Source: Alphaproteobacteria bacterium (GTDB taxonomy: Bacteria; Pseudomonadota; Alphaproteobacteria; UBA828). Taken from it: a DNA stretch of 64,000 nt. The position numbers and the translations under genes were made by a program. The stretch lies in assembly GCA_963667785.2 (NCBI GenBank), contig CAXXMU010000005.1, positions 64,001-128,000 of the forward strand, written 5' to 3'. This document shows, piece after piece, positions 9,268 through 18,726 of the stretch (position 1 is the stretch's first letter; each line of letters starts with the position of its first letter). The notes under the pieces were generated by a model. The model was not told the DNA's origin. It worked only from the letters and a program-made list of their open reading frames with translations, and ran no database searches.

Positions 9268-9960
9268 TCAGTTGCTGAAGAGTCGGACCTCCGCACTCTC
9301 GTGGCGGGCCGCGGCGACATCGGCCAGCGGCGCGTAGGCGCGCGCCTCGTGGACGCCGGGCGCGGGCTCCGCCAGCAGCGCCGCCATCCGCGGTCTGAGC
9401 GCTCGCAGCATGATCTGCCCGTCGAGGTGGCCGATCAAGCCGAGCCTGAGGCCCGCGCCCAGGATGGTGGCGCAGAGGCCGTGCAGGCTGACCGCCTCGG
9501 CCCGGGCGAGGCCGAGGCCGGCGCCCTTCAGCACCACCCCCTGCACCACGGCGAGATGGCCGGGCGCGGTGCCGGCGCGGATGCGCGCGCGATAGTCGGC
9601 GGCGCCGGGCGTCTTCATGCGCGCGTGCACGCCGAGCAGCGCAGCCCCCCCCTTGCGCGAGCCCTCGCGGAGCTCCTGCGGCAGGGTCATCGCCTCCTGC
9701 AGGTGGTCGATCTCGGCGACCGCCGGCCAATCCGGGGCAGCCCGCCAGGCGGCGGCGAGGAAGGCGCGCTCGGCGCTCGCCCAGCGCTCGGACACCTGGT
9801 CGGCGAGGAAGGCGTCGAGACCGGCGGCATCGGTCACGATGCCGTCGGCGTGCAGCGTCTCCAGCCCAAGCGAGAACGACACCGCGCCGCTCGGGAAGAA
9901 GCTGTCGCCGAACTGCAGCGCCGCGAGATCGGCGCCCGCGCCGTCTTCCGCCTCGCTCAT
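9268..9960 (-). CDS. ureF: Urease accessory protein UreF
   Basis: LQFGDSFFPSGAVSFSLGLE N-terminus; HE...RLFSN C-terminus. Confidence 0.88.
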   Translation of the reverse strand: MSEAEDGAGADLAALQFGDSFFPSGAVSFSLGLETLHADGIVTDAAGLDAFLADQVSERWASAERAFLAAAWRAAPDWPAVAEIDHLQEAMTLPQELREGSRKGGAALLGVHARMKTPGAADYRARIRAGTAPGHLAVVQGVVLKGAGLGLARAEAVSLHGLCATILGAGLRLGLIGHLDGQIMLRALRPRMAALLAEPAPGVHEARAYAPLADVAAARHESAEVRLFSN

Positions 9961-10115
9961 TGCGTTCTCCCGGCCGGGCCAGCGCCTTTCCGGCGCCCGG
10001 CCTGACCCGGCAGGAACCTTACCTGCCGCTCACGCCCGGACGAAAGCCCGTTGTCACGGGCAGCCGCCGCCGTCATGGTCCCTCGGCAAGAACGAGGCCG
10101 GAACGGGAGACAAGC

Positions 10116-11570
10116 ATGGCCGGGGCCGAGCGATACGACGTTCTCTTTGCGGGCGGCACGGTGATCGACGGCACCGGCGCGCCCCGAGCGCGAGCCGATG
10201 TCGCGGTTGCGGGCGATCGCATCGCCGCCGTGGGCCGGCTGGCGGGCGCAGAGGCCGCGCGCACGATCGACGCGAGCGGGCGCATCGTCTCGCCCGGCTT
10301 CATCGACGCCCACACCCACGACGACAACCTGCTGCTGGTCGACCCGGCCATGACGCCGAAGACGAGCCAGGGCGTCACCACGGTGATCGCCGGCAATTGC
10401 GGGGTGAGCCTCGCGCCGCTCGCGCCGGGACGCCCGGTGCCGCCGCCGCTCGACCTTCTGGGCCCACCCGCCGACTTCCGCTATCCGCGCTTCGCCGACT
10501 ACGTGGCGGCGCTGGACGCCACACCGCCGGCCGCCAACGCGGGCCTCCTGGTCGGCCACTCGGCGCTCCGCCTCGACACAATGGACGACGTGGACCGCCC
10601 GGCCACGGCGGGCGAGATCGACGCCATGCGGGAGCGGCTGGCCGACGGCATGGAGGCCGGCGCGCTCGGCTTCAGCACCGGGCTCATCTACGGCCCCAAC
10701 AAGGCGGCCACGACGGACGAGGTGGCGGCTGTCGCCGAGGTAGCCGGCGCCGCCGGCGGCCTCTACGTCACCCACATGCGGAACGAGCACGACGGCGTCG
10801 AGGAGGCGATGGAGGAGGCCTTCGAGATCGGCCGCCGCGCCGGCGCGGGCGTGGTCATCTCGCACCATAAGTGCGCGGGCAGAGGCAACTTCGGACGGAG
10901 CCGCGACACCCTCGCCCGGATCGAGAAGGCGCGGGAGAGCCAGGCGATCGGCCTCGACGTCTACCCCTACACCGCAGGCTCCACCGTGCTGCTGGCGGAG
11001 ATGGTCGAGAAGGCGGAGCGGGTGATTGTCACCTGGTCCGAGCCGCACCCGGAGCACGCGGGCCGCGACCTCGCCGAGGTCGCCGCCGCGCTCGGCCTCG
11101 ACCGGCTCGCGGCCGTCGACGCGCTGAGCCCGGCGGGCGGCATCTACTTCATGATGGACGAGGCGGACGTGCGCCGCATCATCGCCTATCCGCACAGCAT
11201 GATCGGCTCGGACGGCCTGCCCCACGACCGCCACCCCCACCCCAGGCTCTGGGGCACCTTCCCCCGCGTGCTCGGCCACTACGCGCGCGAGCTCGGCCTG
11301 CTGACGCTCGAGGATGCGGTGCGCCGCATGACCGGGCTTCCCGCCGCGCAGTTCGGGCTTACGGGCCGGGGCGAGGTGCGCGCCGGCGCCTATGCCGATC
11401 TCGTGATATTCGATGCCGAAACGATCGCGGACCGGGCGACCTTCGACGATCCCACCCGGCCCGCCGCCGGCATCGACGTCGTCATGGTGAACGGCGCCGT
11501 CGTGCGCGAAGGCGGGCGGGCCACCGGAAAGCGGCCAGGCCGCGCGCTGCGTCGCCGGCCGCCGGCCTGA
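10116..11570 (+). CDS. N-acyl-D-amino-acid deacylase (D-aminoacylase family)
   Basis: PGFIDAHTHDD, GNCGVS, HMRNE, SHHK, DVYPY, GSDG, HPRLWGTFPRVLG. Confidence 0.9.
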   Translation: MAGAERYDVLFAGGTVIDGTGAPRARADVAVAGDRIAAVGRLAGAEAARTIDASGRIVSPGFIDAHTHDDNLLLVDPAMTPKTSQGVTTVIAGNCGVSLAPLAPGRPVPPPLDLLGPPADFRYPRFADYVAALDATPPAANAGLLVGHSALRLDTMDDVDRPATAGEIDAMRERLADGMEAGALGFSTGLIYGPNKAATTDEVAAVAEVAGAAGGLYVTHMRNEHDGVEEAMEEAFEIGRRAGAGVVISHHKCAGRGNFGRSRDTLARIEKARESQAIGLDVYPYTAGSTVLLAEMVEKAERVIVTWSEPHPEHAGRDLAEVAAALGLDRLAAVDALSPAGGIYFMMDEADVRRIIAYPHSMIGSDGLPHDRHPHPRLWGTFPRVLGHYARELGLLTLEDAVRRMTGLPAAQFGLTGRGEVRAGAYADLVIFDAETIADRATFDDPTRPAAGIDVVMVNGAVVREGGRATGKRPGRALRRRPPA

Positions 11571-11582
11571 CCCGCCGCCCGC

Positions 11583-12170
11583 TCAGATCGCGTGGCGGCC
11601 GAGCCGGTCGAGAAGCTGCTCCACGCGCCGCTTGACGCCCGGCATGTGGGGGTTGTGGACCAGCGCCCGCTCGAACGCCCCAAGCGCCTCCTCCTCGTTG
11701 CCGAGCGCCAGGTGGCAGAGGCCGAGGCCCGAGAGCGCGCCGAAGTGGCGCGGCTCGCGCTTGAGGGTCTCGTCGATGTCGGCGATGGAGCCCTCGTAGT
11801 CGCGGATCAGGTAGCGCAGCGTCGCCCGGCGGTTCCAGCCTTCCGCGAGGTCCGGCCGGCGCTCGATGACCCCGTTGAGGAGCGCGTAGGAGTGGTTGTA
11901 GCGCCCCGTGGAGAGCGCGATGTCGCCCGCGTGGAGCATCCGGTCGATCTCTTCCGAGCCGCTGTCGAACCAGTGGCCCCAGATGCGCATCTCGATCTCG
12001 CGCACCCGCTCTGGGCTCTGGGCTTCCTTGAGGTCGCGGAAGAGGCCGTCCAGCGCCGGGTCGTTCTGATCCGCCGCCGCCGGGCCGGCGACGCCGAGGG
12101 CGAGCAGCAGCGCGAGCAGGAGAGCAGCCAGCCGTCGCAGTCGCCTCGGGTGCCGGGCGCGGGACACCAT
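11583..12170 (-). CDS. Exported tetratricopeptide-repeat protein
   Basis: Signal peptide; PDLAEGWNRRAT, EPRHFGALSGLG TPR motifs. Confidence 0.85.
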   Translation of the reverse strand: MVSRARHPRRLRRLAALLLALLLALGVAGPAAADQNDPALDGLFRDLKEAQSPERVREIEMRIWGHWFDSGSEEIDRMLHAGDIALSTGRYNHSYALLNGVIERRPDLAEGWNRRATLRYLIRDYEGSIADIDETLKREPRHFGALSGLGLCHLALGNEEEALGAFERALVHNPHMPGVKRRVEQLLDRLGRHAI

Positions 12171-12230
12171 GCGCCAGACTAGCCCGGTGGCGCCCTCCGC
12201 GCCAGCGGCCTCTGGCCGCCGGCGGCTGTC

Positions 12231-13433
12231 TTAGCCGGATGCCGCCGGGCGGCGGATGAGCGGCCGGTCGGGGATCGGCCAGTGCAGCACCGCCCCGACC
12301 ACGCCGAGCGCTGCGGCGGTCAGCCACACCGCGTCATAGGAGCCCGTGGTGTCGTACACGTAGCCGCCGAGCCAGGCGCCGAGGAAGGAGCCGAGCTGGT
12401 GGCTGAAGAAGACGATGCCGAAGAGCGCGCCGAGATAGCGCGGCCCGAAGATCTGGGCGATGAGGCCGCTGGTGAGCGGCACGGTGCCGAGCCAGAGCAG
12501 GCCCATCGCCGCGGAGAACACCAGCACGCTCGCCTCGGTCACCGGCGCGGCGAAGAAGCCGCCGATGACCACCGCGCGGCCGAGATAGAAGAGCGAGAGG
12601 ACGTGCTTCTTGCGGTGCCGGTCGCCGAGCCAGCCGGCGGCGAAGGTGCCGACGATGTTGCCGAGGCCGATCACGGCGATCGCCGTCGCCCCCAGCATCG
12701 GCGCGAGCCCCGCGTCGGTGAGGAAGGGCGGCAGGTGGGTAGCGATGAAGTAGACGTGGAAGCCGCAGACGAAGAAGCCGCCGCAGAGCAGCCAGAAGCC
12801 GCTGTGGGCGCGGGCCTCGACCAGCGCCTCGCCGAGGGACTGGGCGCTGCCCTCGGGCGGCGTGTGGCTGCCGCGCAGGCCGATCAGGCAGGGCACCATC
12901 ATCGCCGCGATCCCGCAATAGGCGATGAGCGCCATGGACCAGCCCACGCCGTCGATCAGCGCGCCGCCCACGGGCGCCAGCGCGAACTGCCCGAAGGAGC
13001 CGCCGGCGGCCGCGATGCCGAGCGCCATGCTGCGCTTCTCCGGCGGCACCGCGCGCCCCACCGGGCCGAGAACCACCGCGAAGCCCGTGGCGCTGATACC
13101 GATTCCCACCAGCAGGCCCTGGCCCATGTGCAGCCCGACCGCGCCGTCGGCCCAGGCCATCCAGAGCAGACCGGCGACGTAGATCACGGTCCCCAGCAGG
13201 ACGACGCGGATCGCCCCGTGGCGGTCGGCGAGCGCGCCGAAGACGGGCTGGGTGATCCCCCAGACGATGCCCTGGATCGCGATGGCGAGCGCGAAGGTCT
13301 CGCGCGAGATGCCGAGATCGAGGCTCATCGGCGTGCCGAAGAGGCCGAAGCTGGAGCGCAGCCCGTTGCTGATGGTGAGCACCAGCGCGGCGCCGACGAC
13401 GAGCCCGAAGATCCCCAGGGCGGACCGGCTCAT
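12231..13433 (-). CDS. MFS transporter
   Basis: About 12 TM segments; GALADRHG and GWLGDRH motif A. Confidence 0.9.
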   Translation of the reverse strand: MSRSALGIFGLVVGAALVLTISNGLRSSFGLFGTPMSLDLGISRETFALAIAIQGIVWGITQPVFGALADRHGAIRVVLLGTVIYVAGLLWMAWADGAVGLHMGQGLLVGIGISATGFAVVLGPVGRAVPPEKRSMALGIAAAGGSFGQFALAPVGGALIDGVGWSMALIAYCGIAAMMVPCLIGLRGSHTPPEGSAQSLGEALVEARAHSGFWLLCGGFFVCGFHVYFIATHLPPFLTDAGLAPMLGATAIAVIGLGNIVGTFAAGWLGDRHRKKHVLSLFYLGRAVVIGGFFAAPVTEASVLVFSAAMGLLWLGTVPLTSGLIAQIFGPRYLGALFGIVFFSHQLGSFLGAWLGGYVYDTTGSYDAVWLTAAALGVVGAVLHWPIPDRPLIRRPAASG

Positions 13434-13487
13434 GCGCGCAGCTCCGCGGCCGACGGGGCCGGGTATCGGGTGGCTCTCATGGCGGTC

Positions 13488-14792
13488 TCAGCCCTGGCGC
13501 GCGAGCGCCCGCTCCAGGATCGCCGCGGCGCGGTCGATCTCGTCGTCGCTGGTGCAGAAGGGCGGCACGAAGCGGAGCACGTTGCCGTGCTGCCCGCGCA
13601 CGGAGAAGAGGAGTCCGCCCGCGAGGCAGTCGCGGTAGACCGCCTTGGCCTCGTCGGGCGCCGGCTCCTTGGTGGCGCGGTCGCGCACCAGCTCGACGCC
13701 CTGCAGGCAGCCCTTGCCGCGCACCTCGCCGATCATGGGAAAGCGCTGCTGCAGGCTCTCCATCCGCGTCTTCCAGCGCTCGTCAATCGCCCGCGCCCTG
13801 GCCGGCAGGTCCTCCTCCAGAATCTCGTCGATGCTGGCGAGGCCGGCCGTGCACGCGATGGGATCGGACGAATGCGAGTGGCCGAAGGTGAGTCCGCCCG
13901 CGAGCGCGCGCTCGGCGATGGCGTCGGTGGTCACCATGGCGCTGATGGGGAGCCCCCCGCCGAAATGCTTGGACAGTGTCATGATGTCCGGCACCACATC
14001 GTGCTGCTGGTAGGCGTAGAGGGTGCCGAGCTTGCCGAGCCCGGTCTGCGCCTCGTCCAGGATCAGCAGCGCGCCGCGCTGCTCGAGCCCCGCCTTGAGC
14101 GCCTTGAGGTAGCCGGGCGGCATCTCGATCACCCCGCCCGCGCTGATGAGCGGCTCGGCGATGACGGCGGCGAGATCGTTCGGGCACTCGCGGTCGAGCA
14201 GGTCGAAGGCGATGGCGAGCAGCGGCGCCCACCAGTCCTCGCCGTCTGCCCCCACGGGCGAGCGATAGGCGTAGGGCGCGGGGATCGCATGCACGTCCGG
14301 GATCGATGGCCCGTTTCCGGCGGTGGCGGCGGCGAAGCTGATGGCGCGGGTCACGTCGGTATAGCCGTGGAAGCTCAGATGCAGCGCGCCGATGCCGTTC
14401 CGCCCGGTGGCGCGCCGGGCGAAGAGCACCGCCGCCTCGTTGGAATCGGCGCCCGACTGGATGAAGAGCGAGCGGCTGAGCGGCGCATCGAAGGTCTCCG
14501 CGAGCCGCGCGGCGAGGCGGAGCTGGGGCTCGTTGAAATAGACCGAGCTCGCGTGGGTGAGCCTGCCGAGCCCTGCCCGCACCGCCGCGGTGACGCGCGG
14601 GTTGTTGTGGCCGAGCGCGGAGCACATCTGGCCCGAATTGAAGTCGAGATAGGGCGTGCCGTCGGAATCGAAGATCTCGGCGCCGTCGGCACGGACGAAG
14701 ACCGGCCCGTCGGCGGCAGGCACCACGTCCGAGAGAAGCTCGCCCTGGATCAGATGGCGCGCGCCGGCGGCGCGCAGGGCCCCGATGTCCAC
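13488..14792 (-). CDS. Class III PLP aminotransferase, 2,2-dialkylglycine decarboxylase-like
   Basis: LDFNSGQM.SALGH, SGADSNEAA, LAAVIAEP, LILDEAQTG, PDIMTLSK (PLP lysine), SDP. Confidence 0.82.
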   Translation of the reverse strand: MDIGALRAAGARHLIQGELLSDVVPAADGPVFVRADGAEIFDSDGTPYLDFNSGQMCSALGHNNPRVTAAVRAGLGRLTHASSVYFNEPQLRLAARLAETFDAPLSRSLFIQSGADSNEAAVLFARRATGRNGIGALHLSFHGYTDVTRAISFAAATAGNGPSIPDVHAIPAPYAYRSPVGADGEDWWAPLLAIAFDLLDRECPNDLAAVIAEPLISAGGVIEMPPGYLKALKAGLEQRGALLILDEAQTGLGKLGTLYAYQQHDVVPDIMTLSKHFGGGLPISAMVTTDAIAERALAGGLTFGHSHSSDPIACTAGLASIDEILEEDLPARARAIDERWKTRMESLQQRFPMIGEVRGKGCLQGVELVRDRATKEPAPDEAKAVYRDCLAGGLLFSVRGQHGNVLRFVPPFCTSDDEIDRAAAILERALARQG

Positions 14793-14878
14793 CTCGTCCT
14801 CCTATCCGGAATCGACGGGCGCGATCCTAGCCCGTAACCCTCGCCATGGTCACGGCGCCGAGGGGCGGCGGGCACGGC

Positions 14879-15109
14879 CAGAGCACTTTTCGTTCAGGCA
14901 CGATCGCAGCGAGTTGCCGCGGGTGCCCACTCCTCGTGCGGTGCCGCCCGAGCGTCCCCCACCTCACCCCGACCCTCTCCGCCCCCAGGGGCGGAGAGGG
15001 AGAGCAGAGCGTCGCTGCTTGCGTTCCCCCTCCGCCTTTGGGGGAGGGGGACAGGGGGAGGTGGGAGTCGTTCGGACCGCCGTAAACCCTCTGGTCGGAA
15101 ATTGCCCTA
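14879..15109. repeat. Palindromic MITE/REP-like element, family 2, copy A
   Basis: Imperfect terminal IR CAGAGCACTTTTC...GAAATTGCCCTA; internal CCCTCTCCGCCCC..GGGGCGGAGAGGG hairpin; inverted near-copy at 40249-40470. Confidence 0.85.
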
Positions 15110-15868
15110 ATACTGCACGCGCTGGGTGATACCGCCGTCCACCACCAGGTTCGCGCCTGTGGTGAAGCCGGAGACCGGGCTCGCGAGGAAGGCGACCGCA
15201 TCGGCCACCTCCTCGGGCGTGCCCATCCGGCCGGTGGGGTTGCGCGCGAGCGCCGCCTCGTAGGCCTCGGGGTCGTTCTGGCGCCGCTGGTCCCAGACCC
15301 CGCCCTCGAAGAAGATCGTGCCCGGCGAGACGCAATTCGCGCGGATGCCCTGGCCGGCGAGCGCGTTGGCGAGGTTGGAGGTGTAGTTGATGAGGGCGGC
15401 CTTGACCGAGTTGTAGGGCCGCACGCCACCGAAGCTCTCCACGCCCGCCGTGCTGGAGACGGTGACGATGGCCGGCGCTTCCGACCGCTCGAGGTGCGGC
15501 ATGGCGGCGTCGACCGTGCGCACGGTGCCGAGCACGTCGACCTCGAATCCGGCCCGCCACGAGGCTTCGTCCGGCGATCCGGCCAGCGCGCTCACGTTGG
15601 CGACCACGATGTCGATGCCGCCGAGCTCGGCCGCCATCGCCGCGATCCAGGATCGCACCGCATCGCCGTCGGCGACGTCGCAGGCGGCGCCGGTAACGGA
15701 GAGGTTCCCGGCCGCGAAGCGCTCCAGCACCGAGGCGAGGGCTGCGCCGTCGCGCGCGCAGATGCCGACCCGGCAGCCTTCCTGCGCGAGCCGCCGTGCG
15801 ATCGCATGCCCGATCCCGCGCGTGCCGCCGGTGACGACGGCTCTCAAGCCGGCAAGTCTGAGGTCCAT
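15107..15868 (-). CDS. Short-chain dehydrogenase/reductase
   Basis: TGGTRGIG, YNSVK (YxxxK), VSPG, TGANLVVDGG. Confidence 0.9.
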   Translation of the reverse strand: MDLRLAGLRAVVTGGTRGIGHAIARRLAQEGCRVGICARDGAALASVLERFAAGNLSVTGAACDVADGDAVRSWIAAMAAELGGIDIVVANVSALAGSPDEASWRAGFEVDVLGTVRTVDAAMPHLERSEAPAIVTVSSTAGVESFGGVRPYNSVKAALINYTSNLANALAGQGIRANCVSPGTIFFEGGVWDQRRQNDPEAYEAALARNPTGRMGTPEEVADAVAFLASPVSGFTTGANLVVDGGITQRVQY

Positions 15869-15977
15869 GTCTTCCAGTCCGTGCGTGCAGTGGGTGGAGG
15901 GGGAGCGGGTGCGGCCGCTTCGCCGCGCCCGAGTGTCGGCGGAGGGCGCATCCTTGTCCAGCCGCGGGGCACCGACC

Positions 15978-17114
15978 TCAGGGAGCCTCCGGCACAAGCT
16001 CGCGATAGACGTCGAGAGTGGCCGCGCACATCCCCTCCAGGGTGAAGTTGCGGCGCACGTGGTCCTGGCCGGCGGCCGCCATCTGCGCGCGGCGGGCGGG
16101 GTCCGCGCTTAAGGACTGGCGGATCGCGTCCGCCAGCGCGTCCGCATCCCCCGGCGGCACCAGCCAGCCGGTCTCGCCGTGGCGCACGATCTCGCAGGCG
16201 CCGCCGTGGGCAGACGCGATCGCGGGCCGTCCCATGGCCTGGGCCTCGGCGACGACGCGGCCGAAGCCCTCGGGCCGGAGCGAGGGCGCGGCCACGATGT
16301 CGGCCAGCATGTAGGCCGCCGGCATGTCGGCGCACGGGCCGGCGAGGTGGACCCGGTGGGTCGCGCCGAGCGCCTCGATCCGCCGCTCGATGCCGGCGCG
16401 GTAGCCCGCATGGGCCGCATCGGCGCTGCCGACGAAGAGGCAGCAGAGACCCTCCTCCACCTGCGCCAGCGCATCGAGCAGGGCGAGATGCCCCTTGAGC
16501 CGCGTCAGCCGGCCCGGCAGCAGGAGGACCGGGCGGCCTGCCGGCAGGCCCCACGTCTCGCGCAGCGCGGCGATGCGCGCGCCCTCGACCCGCGCCGGGT
16601 CGAACACCGAGAGGTCCACCCCGCGCGGGATGGTCCGGAGCCTCTCGGGCGGGACGGCGTAGGTCTCGGCGACGTGGCGCGCGATGAACTGGGAGATCGC
16701 GATGACCCGCGCGCCGCGCGCCATGATCCCGTTGTAGCGCCGCTTCACCGCCCCGCCTGCCGAATAGGCGCCGTGGAAGGTGGTGACGAAGGGCCGCCCG
16801 CTGCGGCCTGCCGCGTAGCAGGCGAGCCAGGCGGGCCAGCGCGAGCGGGCGTGGACGAGGTCCGCGCCCTCGTCCGCGATGAGCGCGGCGAGAGCCCGGA
16901 CCGCGCCCGCCGCCTGCAGTGGATTGCGGCGCGCGACCGGCAGCGCCGCGTGGCGGGCGCCGGTGGCCTCGGCGGCCGCCCGGTCCGCCGCGTTCCCCGT
17001 CACGATGATCGAGCGCCAGCCGGCGGCCGCGAGCGCCCGGGAGACGTCGAGCGTTCCCCGCTCCACCCCGCCGCCGCCGGCGAGGCTCGGCAGGACTTGC
17101 AGGACCGTCGTCAT
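15978..17114 (-). CDS. Glycosyltransferase family 4
   Basis: GGVERGT, HARSR, TTFHG, PGRLTRLKGH, EGFGRVVAEAQAMG. Confidence 0.9.
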   Translation of the reverse strand: MTTVLQVLPSLAGGGGVERGTLDVSRALAAAGWRSIIVTGNAADRAAAEATGARHAALPVARRNPLQAAGAVRALAALIADEGADLVHARSRWPAWLACYAAGRSGRPFVTTFHGAYSAGGAVKRRYNGIMARGARVIAISQFIARHVAETYAVPPERLRTIPRGVDLSVFDPARVEGARIAALRETWGLPAGRPVLLLPGRLTRLKGHLALLDALAQVEEGLCCLFVGSADAAHAGYRAGIERRIEALGATHRVHLAGPCADMPAAYMLADIVAAPSLRPEGFGRVVAEAQAMGRPAIASAHGGACEIVRHGETGWLVPPGDADALADAIRQSLSADPARRAQMAAAGQDHVRRNFTLEGMCAATLDVYRELVPEAP

Positions 17115-17236
17115 TCGACTATCCGCGTCGTCCGGGCGCGCGCCGGCGCGTGGCCTCGCGCGCCTTCTCTCTGATTGTGCATCCGGTCTGGCGGCCTTCG
17201 GTCGGGCACGGGCCGGCAGCGGAAGCGAGCGACACC

Positions 17237-18025
17237 ATGCAGAACCCCCCACCGCCATCGCTGCTGCGGCGCGCCGGCCGCGAAACCATCGCCTACCGCA
17301 GGGTGGACGGCAAGGAGCCGGGCGTGATGTTCCTCGGCGGCTTCATGTCGGACATGACCGGCACCAAGGCCCAGGCGCTGGAGGCCCACTGCCGGCGCAC
17401 GGACCGCGCCTTCGTGCGCTTCGACTATGCCGGCCACGGCGCGTCCGAGGGCGCATTCAGCGACGGCACCATCGGCGCGTGGCGGGACGATGCGCTGGCG
17501 GTGCTGGACCATGTCGCCCAGGGGCCGCAGGTGCTGGTGGGCTCCAGCATGGGCGGCTGGCTGATGCTTCTCGCGGCGCTGGCGCGGCCCGAGCGGGTCG
17601 CGGGCCTCGTCGGCGTCGCCGCCGCGCCGGATTTCACCGAGGACCTGATCTGGTCCACGCTCGAGGGCGATGCAAGGCAAACCCTCGTCGAGACCGGCGC
17701 CATCGTGCTCCCCTGCGACTACGGCGAGGACCCCTATCCGGTCACCCTGCGCCTGATCGAGGAGGGCCGCGATCACCTCCTGCTGCGCGCGCCCATCACG
17801 CTCGACTGCCCGATCCGCCTGCTGCAGGGCATGCGCGACGAGGACGTGCCCTGGCGGACCGCGCTCACGATTGCCGAGAAGCTGGCGAGCGAGGACGTGG
17901 CGGTCGAGCTGGTCAAGGACGGCGATCACCGCCTCTCGCGGGAGCGCGACCTCGCCCGCCTCTGCGCGGCGGTCGACGCCGTGGCCGGCACCGGCCCCTC
18001 TTCAAATCCTGGTGAGCGCGCCTGA
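17237..18025 (+). CDS. Alpha/beta hydrolase
   Basis: GGFMSDMTGTKA, FDYAGHG, GSSMGG nucleophile, DGDHRLSR. Confidence 0.9.
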   Translation: MQNPPPPSLLRRAGRETIAYRRVDGKEPGVMFLGGFMSDMTGTKAQALEAHCRRTDRAFVRFDYAGHGASEGAFSDGTIGAWRDDALAVLDHVAQGPQVLVGSSMGGWLMLLAALARPERVAGLVGVAAAPDFTEDLIWSTLEGDARQTLVETGAIVLPCDYGEDPYPVTLRLIEEGRDHLLLRAPITLDCPIRLLQGMRDEDVPWRTALTIAEKLASEDVAVELVKDGDHRLSRERDLARLCAAVDAVAGTGPSSNPGERA

Positions 18026-18099
18026 CGGCGCTTTGCAGCGCGTCCTGCGGCCACTATCTATGGCGCAGCAGGCGGTTGGCAGACACCGGAGCAACGGCC

Positions 18100-18681
18100 A
18101 TGACCTCAATCCGCATCCTCGGGCGGCTCGCCGCCGCCCTCGTCATCGTCGGCATCGCCGCGCACGGCGGCAGCCTGCTTGCAGCCGACACGGAGGCCCT
18201 CCGCGCGCTCGACCAGCGGGTGGACGGGAGCCCCGTCCTCAACCTGGTGGTGCCCGACGGGCCGCTGGACGTGCCGCCGCTGGCCTTCACCGACGAGGCC
18301 GGCGAGACGAGGAGCGTCGCCGATTTCCGCGGCACGCCCGTCGCCGTGCATTTCTGGGCCACCTGGTGCTTCCCCTGCCGCGCCGAGATGCCGACGATGG
18401 ACGCGCTTCAGCGCGAGTTCGGCGACACGCTCGTCATCCTGCCGCTCTCGCTCGACCGGGACGGCGCCGAGCTGGTGCGCTCCTACTACGACGACCACGG
18501 GCTGACCACGCTGCCGGTGATGATCGACGAGAAGATGAAGGCGGGCCGCGCGCTCAGGGTGCACGGCATCCCCGCCACCGTCTTCTTGAACGGCGAGGGA
18601 GCGGAGGTCGCGCGCGTGCTTGGCGATCGCGACTGGACCGATCCCGACGTCATCGAGCTGGTGCGCCACATCATCCAGTAG
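18100..18681 (+). CDS. TlpA/ResA-family thiol:disulfide oxidoreductase
   Basis: N-terminal anchor; HFWATWCFPCRAEMP; GIPAT cis-Pro loop. Confidence 0.88.
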   Translation: MTSIRILGRLAAALVIVGIAAHGGSLLAADTEALRALDQRVDGSPVLNLVVPDGPLDVPPLAFTDEAGETRSVADFRGTPVAVHFWATWCFPCRAEMPTMDALQREFGDTLVILPLSLDRDGAELVRSYYDDHGLTTLPVMIDEKMKAGRALRVHGIPATVFLNGEGAEVARVLGDRDWTDPDVIELVRHIIQ

Positions 18682-18726
18682 CGCCGGGCGCCGAAAGGCA
18701 TCGCCGCCGCCGGGTGAGCGACGATC

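Noticed and set aside
4447-10005. 1852-aa plus-strand ORF
   Set aside because: Antisense shadow of the well-supported urease cluster; stop-poor frames are expected at this GC content
14827-15129. Short ORFs with PHLTPTLS/PPPLGEG-type peptides
   Set aside because: Translations of the family-2 palindromic repeat, also seen at 40249-40470
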